This document shows, piece after piece, positions 1-7,045 of a stretch of 37,234 bases of DNA (positions within the stretch are counted from its first letter, which is position 1; every line of letters begins with the position of its first letter). The notes under the pieces were generated by a model. The model saw only the letters and a program-made list of their open reading frames with translations. It was not told the origin of the DNA and searched no databases. The position numbers were made by a program, and so were the translations under genes. Source of the stretch: a virus (lineage: Duplodnaviria; Caudoviricetes); IMG/VR virus record IMGVR_UViG_3300038315_001257, positions 1 through 37,234 of that record. One strand, given 5' to 3'.

Positions 1-99
1 TTCAATACCAACCAGATCAGTTCCCATAATTGGAGCTTCAATGCGTATTGTCTTCGCTTTTAGTGCAAGCGCTAAATCCTTTGTATGCTTTTCGAATCC
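1..99. repeat. Terminal 99-bp direct repeat, copy 1 (circular contig overlap)
   Basis: Bases 1-99 (TTCAATACC...TTCGAATCC) are identical to 37136-37234, and an ORF reads through the join, so the unit genome is 37,135 bp. Confidence 0.97.
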
Positions 100-1149
100 A
101 GACATACGAACTCCCCGAGAAGGTTTAAGAGTGTACTGGATAACTCCTAACCCGTAAAAAGTATCTTTCATCTCAACCATTAAGCCAAATTCTTGCAACT
201 TAACCCGTATGCGCTCCTCGTCTGTAAAATCCTTGTTCTCCTCTTTATCAAGAGCGCTTTCAATGTAATTTTTCTTTTCGACAAATTCTTTCTTTTCTGT
301 TTTGTGTTGAACGGGGATAGGTGGCGCAACATCGATCAGATCAGATCGGTACACCTCAAAAGAATTTTTGCCATCGAAAATGTCTGAAAAATTGGGTAAG
401 TATTGGATGTCTGGTTTCAGTATCTCTGTTGTGCAGTCTTTGTAGATTTTTTTGAAAAACACGAAATAGTCTTTTTGTTTTTCAAATTCTATTATCCACG
501 GCTGAACTTGTGGTTCGCCGTTTTTGTTTTTACTGATTTTACACTCGTTAAAAATCATTCGTGTTGGCGCGATGCCACACTCTTGTTTAATAGTGTGATA
601 ATTGAACATGGCTTGCAGAATAAATACTGGATTGTCTTCATAGTCTGTAGTAAAGAATTTACTGAATTTGTAATCGATAATATCTATCCCCCCCTCGTCA
701 TTCTCAATCACCAAATCGGTTATAGACTTTGCGGCGATCGGCATTTTTTCTCCGTCAATTTCGATAAAATGAGTCAGCTTTTTTTCGACGTCTCGTATCT
801 TATACTCTTGAGCTTCTTCGAGATAAAAAGAAATAGCTTGATTGTACTCCTTTAAAAGTTTTTCGCGAGACCCTGTTTTCCCGTAATTGATTTCTGCATC
901 AGATAACTCCTCAATAAATTTTAAGCCTACTTCAATAGAGGATGTGGAATCAAGTCCGCCATAATACATTTCCAAGGCTTTATGCGCAGCTTGGCCCAAA
1001 ACAGCAGACGGACTTTTTTGGTCATCGTAAATTTTTAGTATGTACTGCTTCTTAAACGCAAGCCGATTACGTAAAAACATATTCATCGAAGAATATGACC
1101 AGTGATCGACTGGACAAGGAACGTCCTTTATACTAGATTCATTTTTCAT
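1..1149 (-). CDS. N-terminal part of PD-(D/E)XK nuclease-FtsK translocase fusion (continues across the join to 36368)
   Basis: Manual translation from ATG at 1149 is open to base 1: MKNESS...HWSYSSMNMF...VLGQAAHKALE...TDLVIENDEGGIDIIDYK (RecB-like nuclease motifs), then KLQEFGL...YTLKPSRGVR...DLALALKAKTIRIEAPIMGTDLVGIE (FtsK alpha domain). Absent from the ORF track because it crosses the join. Confidence 0.9.
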   Translation of the reverse strand, partial: MKNESSIKDVPCPVDHWSYSSMNMFLRNRLAFKKQYILKIYDDQKSPSAVLGQAAHKALEMYYGGLDSTSSIEVGLKFIEELSDAEINYGKTGSREKLLKEYNQAISFYLEEAQEYKIRDVEKKLTHFIEIDGEKMPIAAKSITDLVIENDEGGIDIIDYKFSKFFTTDYEDNPVFILQAMFNYHTIKQECGIAPTRMIFNECKISKNKNGEPQVQPWIIEFEKQKDYFVFFKKIYKDCTTEILKPDIQYLPNFSDIFDGKNSFEVYRSDLIDVAPPIPVQHKTEKKEFVEKKNYIESALDKEENKDFTDEERIRVKLQEFGLMVEMKDTFYGLGVIQYTLKPSRGVRMSGFEKHTKDLALALKAKTIRIEAPIMGTDLVGIE

Positions 1150-1158
1150 AGTTATCGT

Positions 1159-1518
1159 TTAACTAAAAATACTCCTCCCATTCCACGGACAGTCGGGACA
1201 TTCTTTGTCATGTAGCTTGATAATATCTTTGTTTGTTAAGGCCTTGTCATACGTTTTCCATGCCTTGTCGAGCGCTTCACTTGCCTTGTCAAGCGCTTCA
1301 CTTGCCTTGTCATACACTTCCCTTGCCTTGTCAAACGCTTTCCATGCCTTGTCCACCGAAACAGGCAACTTGCCTTTAACTTGTTTTAGCAACTTTAACC
1401 TTAACTCAATTTCTTCTTTAGGTTTTTCTTTTTTAATATATTCAATCCTGTTTTGGATTGGTTCTGTGGCTACTTCTAACAGTCTGTCATGGTGTATGTG
1501 CCAGTAGTATTTTGTCAT
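1159..1518 (-). CDS. Hypothetical protein with heptad repeats and His/Cys-rich ends
   Basis: WHIHHD at the N-terminus, (DKAxxxx)6 in the middle, LHDKECPDCPW at the C-terminus; tightly packed between recT and the nuclease-FtsK gene. Confidence 0.85.
   Translation of the reverse strand: MTKYYWHIHHDRLLEVATEPIQNRIEYIKKEKPKEEIELRLKLLKQVKGKLPVSVDKAWKAFDKAREVYDKASEALDKASEALDKAWKTYDKALTNKDIIKLHDKECPDCPWNGRSIFS
1241..1353. repeat. 21-bp tandem coding repeat, 6 copies
   Basis: GCCTTGTC core at 1241, 1262, 1283, 1304, 1325 and 1346. Confidence 0.92.
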
Positions 1519-1520
1519 AG

Positions 1521-2336
1521 TTATTTTTTAGCGTTCTTCTTTGTTTTAGGCTTGCTGTCCACTTCAACTTTTTTTGCTGTTTTCTTTTTAGGTTTTTCGT
1601 TGAGTGTATCCAAAAGAGTTTTTTGACCTTTCGTTTTTACAGGTGTATTCATAGCTCCTCTCACCGCGTTTTTAAGTTGCTCTGACAATATTCTCTCATC
1701 TTCTACTCTTTCTCTTTTTTCCTCTTCTATGGCTCGTGCAGTTGCCACAATCTCTGGGCTATCGCCCACCTGAATGCCTTTCAGCGCGTCTGGCACAACA
1801 AAATGCGCGACCATAGCAAACACTTTATAGCGCAACATATTCTCTGGGAACTTCGACCAAACATCTTTGGGGCCTTTATGTCCTTGTGTGAGACCTCGTG
1901 CCTTTGCTTGTTCCATCGTGAATGTCTTGGTGTCCGATATTCCGTTATCTTTTCTCGTAATTGTTACTGTAGCAGTCTTATCGTCACACTCGCCCCATTC
2001 AACCTTATGGCCAGCTTTAAGAACTTGCGCGATAACAGTATCCCCGTACATCGACATTTTGCCATTCACAAAATAGAATGAGTTTAAAGCCTCAATGGGC
2101 TGTAGTCCCGCTTCATACCCCGACTGAAAAACCATAATAAGCTGTGGCGCGTTCTGTATGCTTGAAGGAAGCGCCCCAGACTGAATGAATGTCTTTGCCA
2201 TGTGTTCCATAGCCTGCCACCGCTTCGGATTCATAAATTCTAAACTGCGGGCTTCTGCGCGTGCAACATACGCATCTGACGGCTTGGGCATAACCTCTAA
2301 TTCTTGTTTGGGTTGTGCTACTGCTTCATTTGACAT
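1521..2336 (-). CDS. recT: RecT/Red-beta-like single-strand annealing protein
   Basis: SGALP...GYEAGLQPIEALNSFYFVNGK, FTMEQAKARGL, WSKFPENML...VPDALKG match the RecT family pattern; lies next to a nuclease gene. Confidence 0.8.
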   Translation of the reverse strand: MSNEAVAQPKQELEVMPKPSDAYVARAEARSLEFMNPKRWQAMEHMAKTFIQSGALPSSIQNAPQLIMVFQSGYEAGLQPIEALNSFYFVNGKMSMYGDTVIAQVLKAGHKVEWGECDDKTATVTITRKDNGISDTKTFTMEQAKARGLTQGHKGPKDVWSKFPENMLRYKVFAMVAHFVVPDALKGIQVGDSPEIVATARAIEEEKRERVEDERILSEQLKNAVRGAMNTPVKTKGQKTLLDTLNEKPKKKTAKKVEVDSKPKTKKNAKK

Positions 2337-2358
2337 AGTAATTTTGATGTTATATAAT
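2330..2358 (+). promoter_or_regulatory. Consensus sigma70 promoter, antisense to the early operon
   Basis: TTGACA 2330-2335, 17-bp spacer, TATAAT 2353-2358. Confidence 0.75.
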
Positions 2359-2364
2359 AATTAT

Positions 2365-2436
2365 AGATATCATAAACCATTAAAAACATCTTAGTTTTTA
2401 CCCCCATTTGCTAATAGAACAAGTGGGGGATTTTTT
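2365..2436 (+). ncRNA. Putative ~70-nt antisense sRNA
   Basis: Bounded by a perfect promoter and a same-strand intrinsic terminator; no credible ORF. Start site estimated. Confidence 0.55.
2401..2436 (+). terminator. Intrinsic terminator (plus strand)
   Basis: CCCCCATTTG-9nt-CAAGTGGGGG followed by a T-run. The stem has a G-U pair on + but a C-A mismatch on -. Confidence 0.7.
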
Positions 2437-2747
2437 TATCCTCTACGAGACGAGCGCCCAAAAATATCATATGGGCTATCGCTTGCTTTGCCTGTCTGTC
2501 CGCTAAAAAACACTATTTTCTTGCCTGTGACCATCGCCAATACTCTATGTTTACCAATTTTCAGCCGCTCGGTTGGCAACAGGTTATGAGTAACAATCAC
2601 CTTGTACCTATCCTCAACAAGAAGATCAAATCCTTTAGTGCGCAAGTATTCTGGTTTAATTGACTCATGTGTTACCTTAAACCCAAAGCTCCACAGTTTC
2701 TTTTTAACCCTTACTTCGCGCTTGTGCTGTTCTTTGTTTTTAATCAT
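2436..2747 (-). CDS. Hypothetical basic protein
   Basis: 103-aa ORF in the early operon; FDLLVED is only weakly PD-(D/E)XK-like. Confidence 0.7.
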   Translation of the reverse strand: MIKNKEQHKREVRVKKKLWSFGFKVTHESIKPEYLRTKGFDLLVEDRYKVIVTHNLLPTERLKIGKHRVLAMVTGKKIVFFSGQTGKASDSPYDIFGRSSRRG

Positions 2748-2762
2748 AGTTTTGTATCACCA

Positions 2763-2915
2763 TTAACAAACTTCGTGCTTACCCTCATATTGATATTGTT
2801 CACTGTACACATTCTCACATGAGGCGCACATGCCGTTCGCGTCAATAAATTCTTTGTCGTCTTTTTTTGTACAACTTGGTTGTGGACATCTTACTTTTTG
2901 TTCTGTCTTCTCCAT
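2763..2915 (-). CDS. Small Cys-rich (putative zinc-binding) protein, 50 aa
   Basis: Manual translation MEKTEQKVRCPQPSC...MCASCE...; fills the operon gap. Confidence 0.6.
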   Translation of the reverse strand: MEKTEQKVRCPQPSCTKKDDKEFIDANGMCASCENVYSEQYQYEGKHEVC

Positions 2916-2916
2916 A

Positions 2917-3057
2917 TTATCTTACAGCTCCTATCAACACGCTTAACATCACTATTAAGCTCATCGACACAAGCATTCCTATAAACTCCATCCTCTTTCT
3001 CAAACAAACCCAAAGGTTAGGCTTTGAACTAACTCGACAATATTTATATTTGTTCAT
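2917..3057 (-). CDS. Small membrane protein, 46 aa
   Basis: Manual translation MNKYKYC...FIGMLVSMSLIVMLSVLIGAVR; AGAGGTGG upstream. Confidence 0.55.
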   Translation of the reverse strand: MNKYKYCRVSSKPNLWVCLRKRMEFIGMLVSMSLIVMLSVLIGAVR

Positions 3058-3091
3058 AATATCACCACCTCTCTATTTTTAATCACACTTT

Positions 3092-3286
3092 TTATTCTGG
3101 CAATCGCTCTTTATTTGGAGTTGGAATTTCCTCAAATTCATGCCCCAAGCCTTTTAGCGCGACCATGTCAACTTCATTTAAAATTTTGCGCCCCGTCAAA
3201 TAACTTAATATGTCTCTGGTTCGAGAATTTTGAATATACATTTCTCTCTCTCCTTGTATTATTTTACGATAGTATTGTATTATCAT
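3092..3286 (-). CDS. Hypothetical protein, first gene of the early operon
   Basis: 64-aa ORF just downstream of a consensus promoter. Confidence 0.7.
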   Translation of the reverse strand: MIIQYYRKIIQGEREMYIQNSRTRDILSYLTGRKILNEVDMVALKGLGHEFEEIPTPNKERLPE

Positions 3287-3347
3287 ATTCTCTGAAGCAA
3301 AGTATCGTACCTCGACACGCTACTTCGCTTTTTATAATTGCACTACA

Positions 3348-3376
3348 ATTATAATTCATAATTATAATTCTGTCAA
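3348..3376 (-). promoter_or_regulatory. Consensus sigma70 early promoter with repeated AATTATAATT palindromes
   Basis: TTGACA (3376-3371), 17 bp, TATAAT (3353-3348). AATTATAATT occurs at 3347-3356 and 3360-3369. Confidence 0.85.
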
Positions 3377-3459
3377 GTCTCTTAAAAAATACCTTATATT
3401 AGCCGCTTTTGAGACATGCTCAAATGTAAAAATAAAAAAATGTTTCAAAAAACAAAAAG

Positions 3460-3468
3460 TTATCCACA
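3460..3468 (+). promoter_or_regulatory. DnaA-box consensus TTATCCACA
   Basis: Perfect 9-mer in AT-rich intergenic DNA; further copies at 28572-28580 and 30626-30634. Confidence 0.5.
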
Positions 3469-3470
3469 GC

Positions 3471-3508
3471 AATAAAATACAAAACCGCCAATAGTAATGA
3501 CGGTTTTG
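3471..3508 (-). terminator. Intrinsic terminator ending the late/lysis transcript
   Basis: Minus strand CAAAACCGTCA-7nt-TGGCGGTTTTG then TATTTTATT. Confidence 0.75.
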
Positions 3509-3633
3509 TCTGCGCAAAATAATGAAAATACGCATTGAGTTCTTGTTTATGAGTGGTGGTGATAAAACCACTCACAAGAAAGTCGAGGTGATTACTGCCC
3601 ACAAATCTCTGTCAAAGAATAGAAAACTTTGAC
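3471..3633 (-). ncRNA. Putative ~160-nt structured sRNA
   Basis: Own promoter (3640-3669), three hairpins and a terminator. Confidence 0.5.
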
Positions 3634-3639
3634 AATAGT

Positions 3640-3669
3640 ATTGTATCATCTATTCTTTTGTTGTGTCAA
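3640..3669 (-). promoter_or_regulatory. Sigma70 promoter overlapping the holin 3' end
   Basis: TTGACA (3669-3664), 18 bp, extended -10 TGaTACAAT (3648-3640). Confidence 0.6.
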
Positions 3670-3922
3670 CAGCTGGTCTTTTGGGAGTACCAAATAAGTT
3701 GGTGGGTACACTTGATTCTTCTCCTTTGTACCACTCTTTGAGTGAATTTAGTAGCGTTGGCACTATTTGAATCACGACGCCGTTTATTACGGCGTTTTCA
3801 AAATCAATTCTTGCCGCAAGGCTCAAAACGAAAACAGCTACGGCATAAAAAGCAGTTATACCAGCTCCTTTGATTATCTTCCTAACTGTCTTCTCATCAA
3901 ACTTCCATTTTAATTGGTCCAT
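3650..3922 (-). CDS. Putative holin (two hydrophobic segments)
   Basis: GAGITAFYAVAVFVLSLAA and AVINGVVIQIVPTLL; last gene of the late operon. Confidence 0.6.
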   Translation of the reverse strand: MDQLKWKFDEKTVRKIIKGAGITAFYAVAVFVLSLAARIDFENAVINGVVIQIVPTLLNSLKEWYKGEESSVPTNLFGTPKRPAVDTTKE

Positions 3923-3927
3923 ATAAT

Positions 3928-4890
3928 TTAAGCATCAAACAAAGCCAAGAAATCGGATTCGCTGATGCCTACTAATTTATTTTCTTCCGCAAGTTCTCGT
4001 AAAACTCTATCAACTAACGGAATGCGTTTATTTTTTTTGTTGCTATCAAGATATTCTAAAGTGCCGTCATCAAGAACCTTGTACACTTCGCCAGCACCTT
4101 CAGCTCGTAAGATATATTTACCCTTTAGCTTGGCGATCTTGTTTTGTGCATTCAAATCTTTCCAGTCATCTGGTAAATCTCTGAAACTGTATGCGGACAA
4201 CAAAGGGTAGCTACTATGCAATGTATGGAAACCGTCAAAGCCCTGTTTGTACGTCAAGCTGTCAAATACGTAATAATTGTTATCTTTATCTATGTGGCAG
4301 AGTACGGGCGCATGTCCGCCTCCTTGAGTCGTATATCTTGCAAAACGATTCCAATAACCCCGAGTCGTATATAATCCCAGAACCAGTGGCGAGTATTCTA
4401 GCGCTTCTTTTAAAGCGTTTATGTTTCGCGGATTAAGCCTACTGTAATTTTTCACACGGTTATACAGCGCTTTTTGCAAATGCTTAGAGGTTACTTGTAA
4501 AGCATACTTTTTAGCGTCATAAAAGGACACGTCTTTGTATGGTTTGTCTTTCTCAAAGACGATGCCTATTTTCCTTATGGTGTCTGCGTTGTTTGCAATA
4601 TAGCTTCCGTAAACAGAACCGCCAGACTCAAAAAATAACCACAAGGGCGATCCTGCGGGCCGCACATCGTCGTATGCCTTGTTTAAAGCATACCCAACTG
4701 CTGAAGTTGCATGTGCGACACAAGTGGGCAAACTTCCTTGATCCCGAAAAGGCGGCATCTTGTCTCGCCAATCTTTTGAAGCTTTGCCTTTCCAATTACT
4801 AGGCGACCCAAAAATCATTTCATAATTGGCATCCCCTAAATCTTCTTCTTTGTGAAGGTATCCGTTTGGTTGTTTCGTTGTTTTTTCCAT
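3928..4890 (-). CDS. Papain-like (C1) cysteine peptidase in the endolysin position, with C-terminal putative binding domain
   Basis: DWR...RDQGSLPTCVAHA (oxyanion Gln and catalytic Cys), GGHAP (His), FDS (Asp); flanked by two holin-like genes. Confidence 0.8.
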   Translation of the reverse strand: MEKTTKQPNGYLHKEEDLGDANYEMIFGSPSNWKGKASKDWRDKMPPFRDQGSLPTCVAHATSAVGYALNKAYDDVRPAGSPLWLFFESGGSVYGSYIANNADTIRKIGIVFEKDKPYKDVSFYDAKKYALQVTSKHLQKALYNRVKNYSRLNPRNINALKEALEYSPLVLGLYTTRGYWNRFARYTTQGGGHAPVLCHIDKDNNYYVFDSLTYKQGFDGFHTLHSSYPLLSAYSFRDLPDDWKDLNAQNKIAKLKGKYILRAEGAGEVYKVLDDGTLEYLDSNKKNKRIPLVDRVLRELAEENKLVGISESDFLALFDA

Positions 4891-4892
4891 AG

Positions 4893-5180
4893 TTAATTAT
4901 TAAGTTTGCTGTCCAAAATACGCTCGACTCTGTCAATGACTCGAGTGTTCTTGTCCAGCACACTTACTATATTTTCATGGTTCATATTTGCAGCTTTTAT
5001 TTCTTCCGAAAGATCAATCAACGTATCGTTCAAATGATTCAAATGGTTACTAATCGTAGTATTATTACTCTCCATGATTTTGCTAAAAAGCCTGTCTTTG
5101 TAAAAATTATAGATAACAAGCAATACGGCAATTCCTACCGCACCAGCTTCTGTAATGGTTTGTATATTGCCTTCGTTCAT
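4893..5180 (-). CDS. Holin-like membrane protein (one TM plus coiled coil)
   Basis: AGAVGIAVLLVIYNFY then a heptad-rich tail; immediately upstream of the peptidase. Confidence 0.6.
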   Translation of the reverse strand: MNEGNIQTITEAGAVGIAVLLVIYNFYKDRLFSKIMESNNTTISNHLNHLNDTLIDLSEEIKAANMNHENIVSVLDKNTRVIDRVERILDSKLNN

Positions 5181-5761
5181 AATTCAATATCATTTTTAAC
5201 CTCATTACCCCATGTGTCCCAACCCTTTGTTTTTTCTCGAGCAAATAATTCTATACGAGGCAATTCACCAAATAGACATTCAATACGTTTTCTAACCTCA
5301 TGTGGTTTTTTACTGTGTGTTGTACGCTCCGCAATCACTAATTGCTTAATATTATTACATATTTTATATTTACTCATTTGTCCCTTTGTTCCCAATAAAC
5401 AAATTTCAGTACTTTTCAATGTCCATGGAGCAAAATTGTATACTGTAGTACCTGTACGATATTTTTTTAACCATACAAATGCAATAGTTTTATACTTAAA
5501 TCCCCAATTTTTTAAAACTTCTATTCCTTCTTTCAAATGGCTATCTGTTACCCACATAAAATATGCACTATCCTTACAAATTATATCCTGTATAGGCAAA
5601 AGTTTAATATCGTTCAATTCCATCGTGGAATAAATTTTCTCTAACTTAGAAAATCTTTTTCGTTTTCCATTATCATCAAATCCTGATTTTTTGTCTCCAT
5701 ATAACTGTTTACTGCTATATTTCCATGGGGGATCAGCATAAATTATTTTATATTTTTTCAT
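5177..5761 (-). CDS. MT-A70 family N6-adenine methyltransferase
   Basis: YKIIYADPPW, YSTM, WGFKYKT, HSKKP, RIELFAR, GWDTWGNE. Confidence 0.93.
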   Translation of the reverse strand: MKKYKIIYADPPWKYSSKQLYGDKKSGFDDNGKRKRFSKLEKIYSTMELNDIKLLPIQDIICKDSAYFMWVTDSHLKEGIEVLKNWGFKYKTIAFVWLKKYRTGTTVYNFAPWTLKSTEICLLGTKGQMSKYKICNNIKQLVIAERTTHSKKPHEVRKRIECLFGELPRIELFAREKTKGWDTWGNEVKNDIEL

Positions 5762-5772
5762 TTTACCATATC

Positions 5773-5800
5773 TTGACAGCCTTTGTCACTGTGCTATAAT
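5773..5800 (+). promoter_or_regulatory. Sigma70 promoter of the protease moron
   Basis: TTGACA 5773-5778, 16 bp, extended TGcTATAAT ending at 5800; TGACA-5-TGTCA inverted repeat overlaps the -35. Confidence 0.75.
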
Positions 5801-5819
5801 GAATTTGCAAGAACAATTA

Positions 5820-5902
5820 CACCATCACATCCTTGTACAAGGATTCTATCTTATTGATAGAATTTCAACGAGTCTTTACGTGATGGTGGGACTCGTTTTT
5901 TT
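5820..5902 (+). promoter_or_regulatory. Attenuator-like structured 5' leader
   Basis: CACCATCAC (5820-5828) complements GTGATGGTG (5880-5888), which lies inside the terminator-like AACGAGTC/GACTCGTT hairpin with a T7 run ending at the ATG. Confidence 0.55.
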
Positions 5903-6940
5903 ATGAAACCAATTTTTAAAAACGTAATATTCTTTATTTTAGGAATCCTAACCGTAATTCCTATTCTTGCTTTTGCTACGCCCAACCTTGCTGATCGTTT
6001 ATCTGGCCGCATACTGCTACAAGTTGAATCAGCGGGCGAGGCATGGTATGTAGATCCAGTTGACTCAAAAAGGTATTTTATGGGGTCTCCTACTGACGCA
6101 TTCAAACTCATGCGCGATAAGGGGTTAGGAATTACCAATGCTGATTTAGAAACTATCCCAATGGGGGATTTAACTCCGCTTATGGCAAAAATCCCTGTTC
6201 CTCCTCCCCCTCCACCAGAGGACAAAAGTATCAAACCTCAACCGCTTACTATAAATGACATTATGAGCGGCGTAGGAAACATCAGGTGTGTTTCAGATTA
6301 TGGCAGTTCAGAAGGAAGTGGTTTTCTCTATAATATGAATGATACCCACTATGTACTTACAAACTACCATGTTATTGATATCCTCGGAGTTAAGTATTGC
6401 TTTATAAATCTACAGGACAATAACGAATTTTTTATAGGATCGTATAAACTTGTTCTCGATCCAGCATATAACTTTAATTCTTCATCAGATTCGGCATTTT
6501 TAGAAATCGGCGAATGGTTTTTAAAAAGTCTTGATAAAAGCGAGTTCCCAAAAATCCCTGACCTCAACTACAACGCAAGTGAGTTAAAACATTGCGGAAC
6601 AAAGATGTCCATCGGGACAAAAGTATATACGATAGGGTATCCAGCGTTCGCAAAACAAACAGTTGACGTATTTGGAGAGGAAGGAGATATAGAAGCACGT
6701 ACCTTAACTCAAGGAACTATAACAGGTTACGACAAAGCCTCTCAAATTCCATTTGGCAACCTTCCAGAAGTAGACTATTTCGTTTCCGCTGAAATCGATA
6801 GCGGAAATTCTGGTGGCCTAGCCGTTGCTGAAACCAATAGGGGACTATGTTTACTTGGCATTCCCACTTGGGTTGTTATTGGCGACTTTGAAAATCAAGG
6901 TGTTGTACAGAACATTCACAACATATTTTACGAAGATTAA
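5903..6940 (+). CDS. Secreted trypsin-like serine protease with N-terminal repeat-type domain (moron)
   Basis: Signal/TM aa 1-25, LSGRILLQVESAGEAWYV domain, poly-Pro linker, triad LTNYHV / SDSAFL / IDSGNSGG. Confidence 0.9.
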   Translation: MKPIFKNVIFFILGILTVIPILAFATPNLADRLSGRILLQVESAGEAWYVDPVDSKRYFMGSPTDAFKLMRDKGLGITNADLETIPMGDLTPLMAKIPVPPPPPPEDKSIKPQPLTINDIMSGVGNIRCVSDYGSSEGSGFLYNMNDTHYVLTNYHVIDILGVKYCFINLQDNNEFFIGSYKLVLDPAYNFNSSSDSAFLEIGEWFLKSLDKSEFPKIPDLNYNASELKHCGTKMSIGTKVYTIGYPAFAKQTVDVFGEEGDIEARTLTQGTITGYDKASQIPFGNLPEVDYFVSAEIDSGNSGGLAVAETNRGLCLLGIPTWVVIGDFENQGVVQNIHNIFYED

Positions 6941-6944
6941 ATTT

Positions 6945-7043
6945 ATGATATTTGCTTTTTATTTTCTCGGGTCAATTGTTTTCCTAATAGTCATAGTTTT
7001 TACCATTTTTTGGGTATTAGGTACTTTTTTTGTCAAAGATTAA
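6945..7043 (+). CDS. 32-aa single-pass membrane peptide
   Basis: MIFAFYFLGSIVFLIVIVFTIFWVLGTFFVKD starts 4 nt after the protease stop. Confidence 0.55.
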   Translation: MIFAFYFLGSIVFLIVIVFTIFWVLGTFFVKD

Positions 7044-7045
7044 AC

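Noticed and set aside
1-99. Terminal repeat as a biological direct terminal repeat or att site
   Set aside because: It is exactly 99 bp and falls mid-gene, which fits an assembler k-mer overlap of a circular contig.
1241-1353. CRISPR-like or DGR template/variable repeat
   Set aside because: It is an in-frame 21-bp coding repeat without unique spacers; no reverse transcriptase or cas genes were found. The nuclease lacks the Cas4 Fe-S cysteine pattern.
6942-6951. 10-nt complementarity between the 2365-2436 sRNA and the TM-peptide start (type I toxin-antitoxin idea)
   Set aside because: TTTATGATAT is short and AT-rich, so a chance match is plausible.
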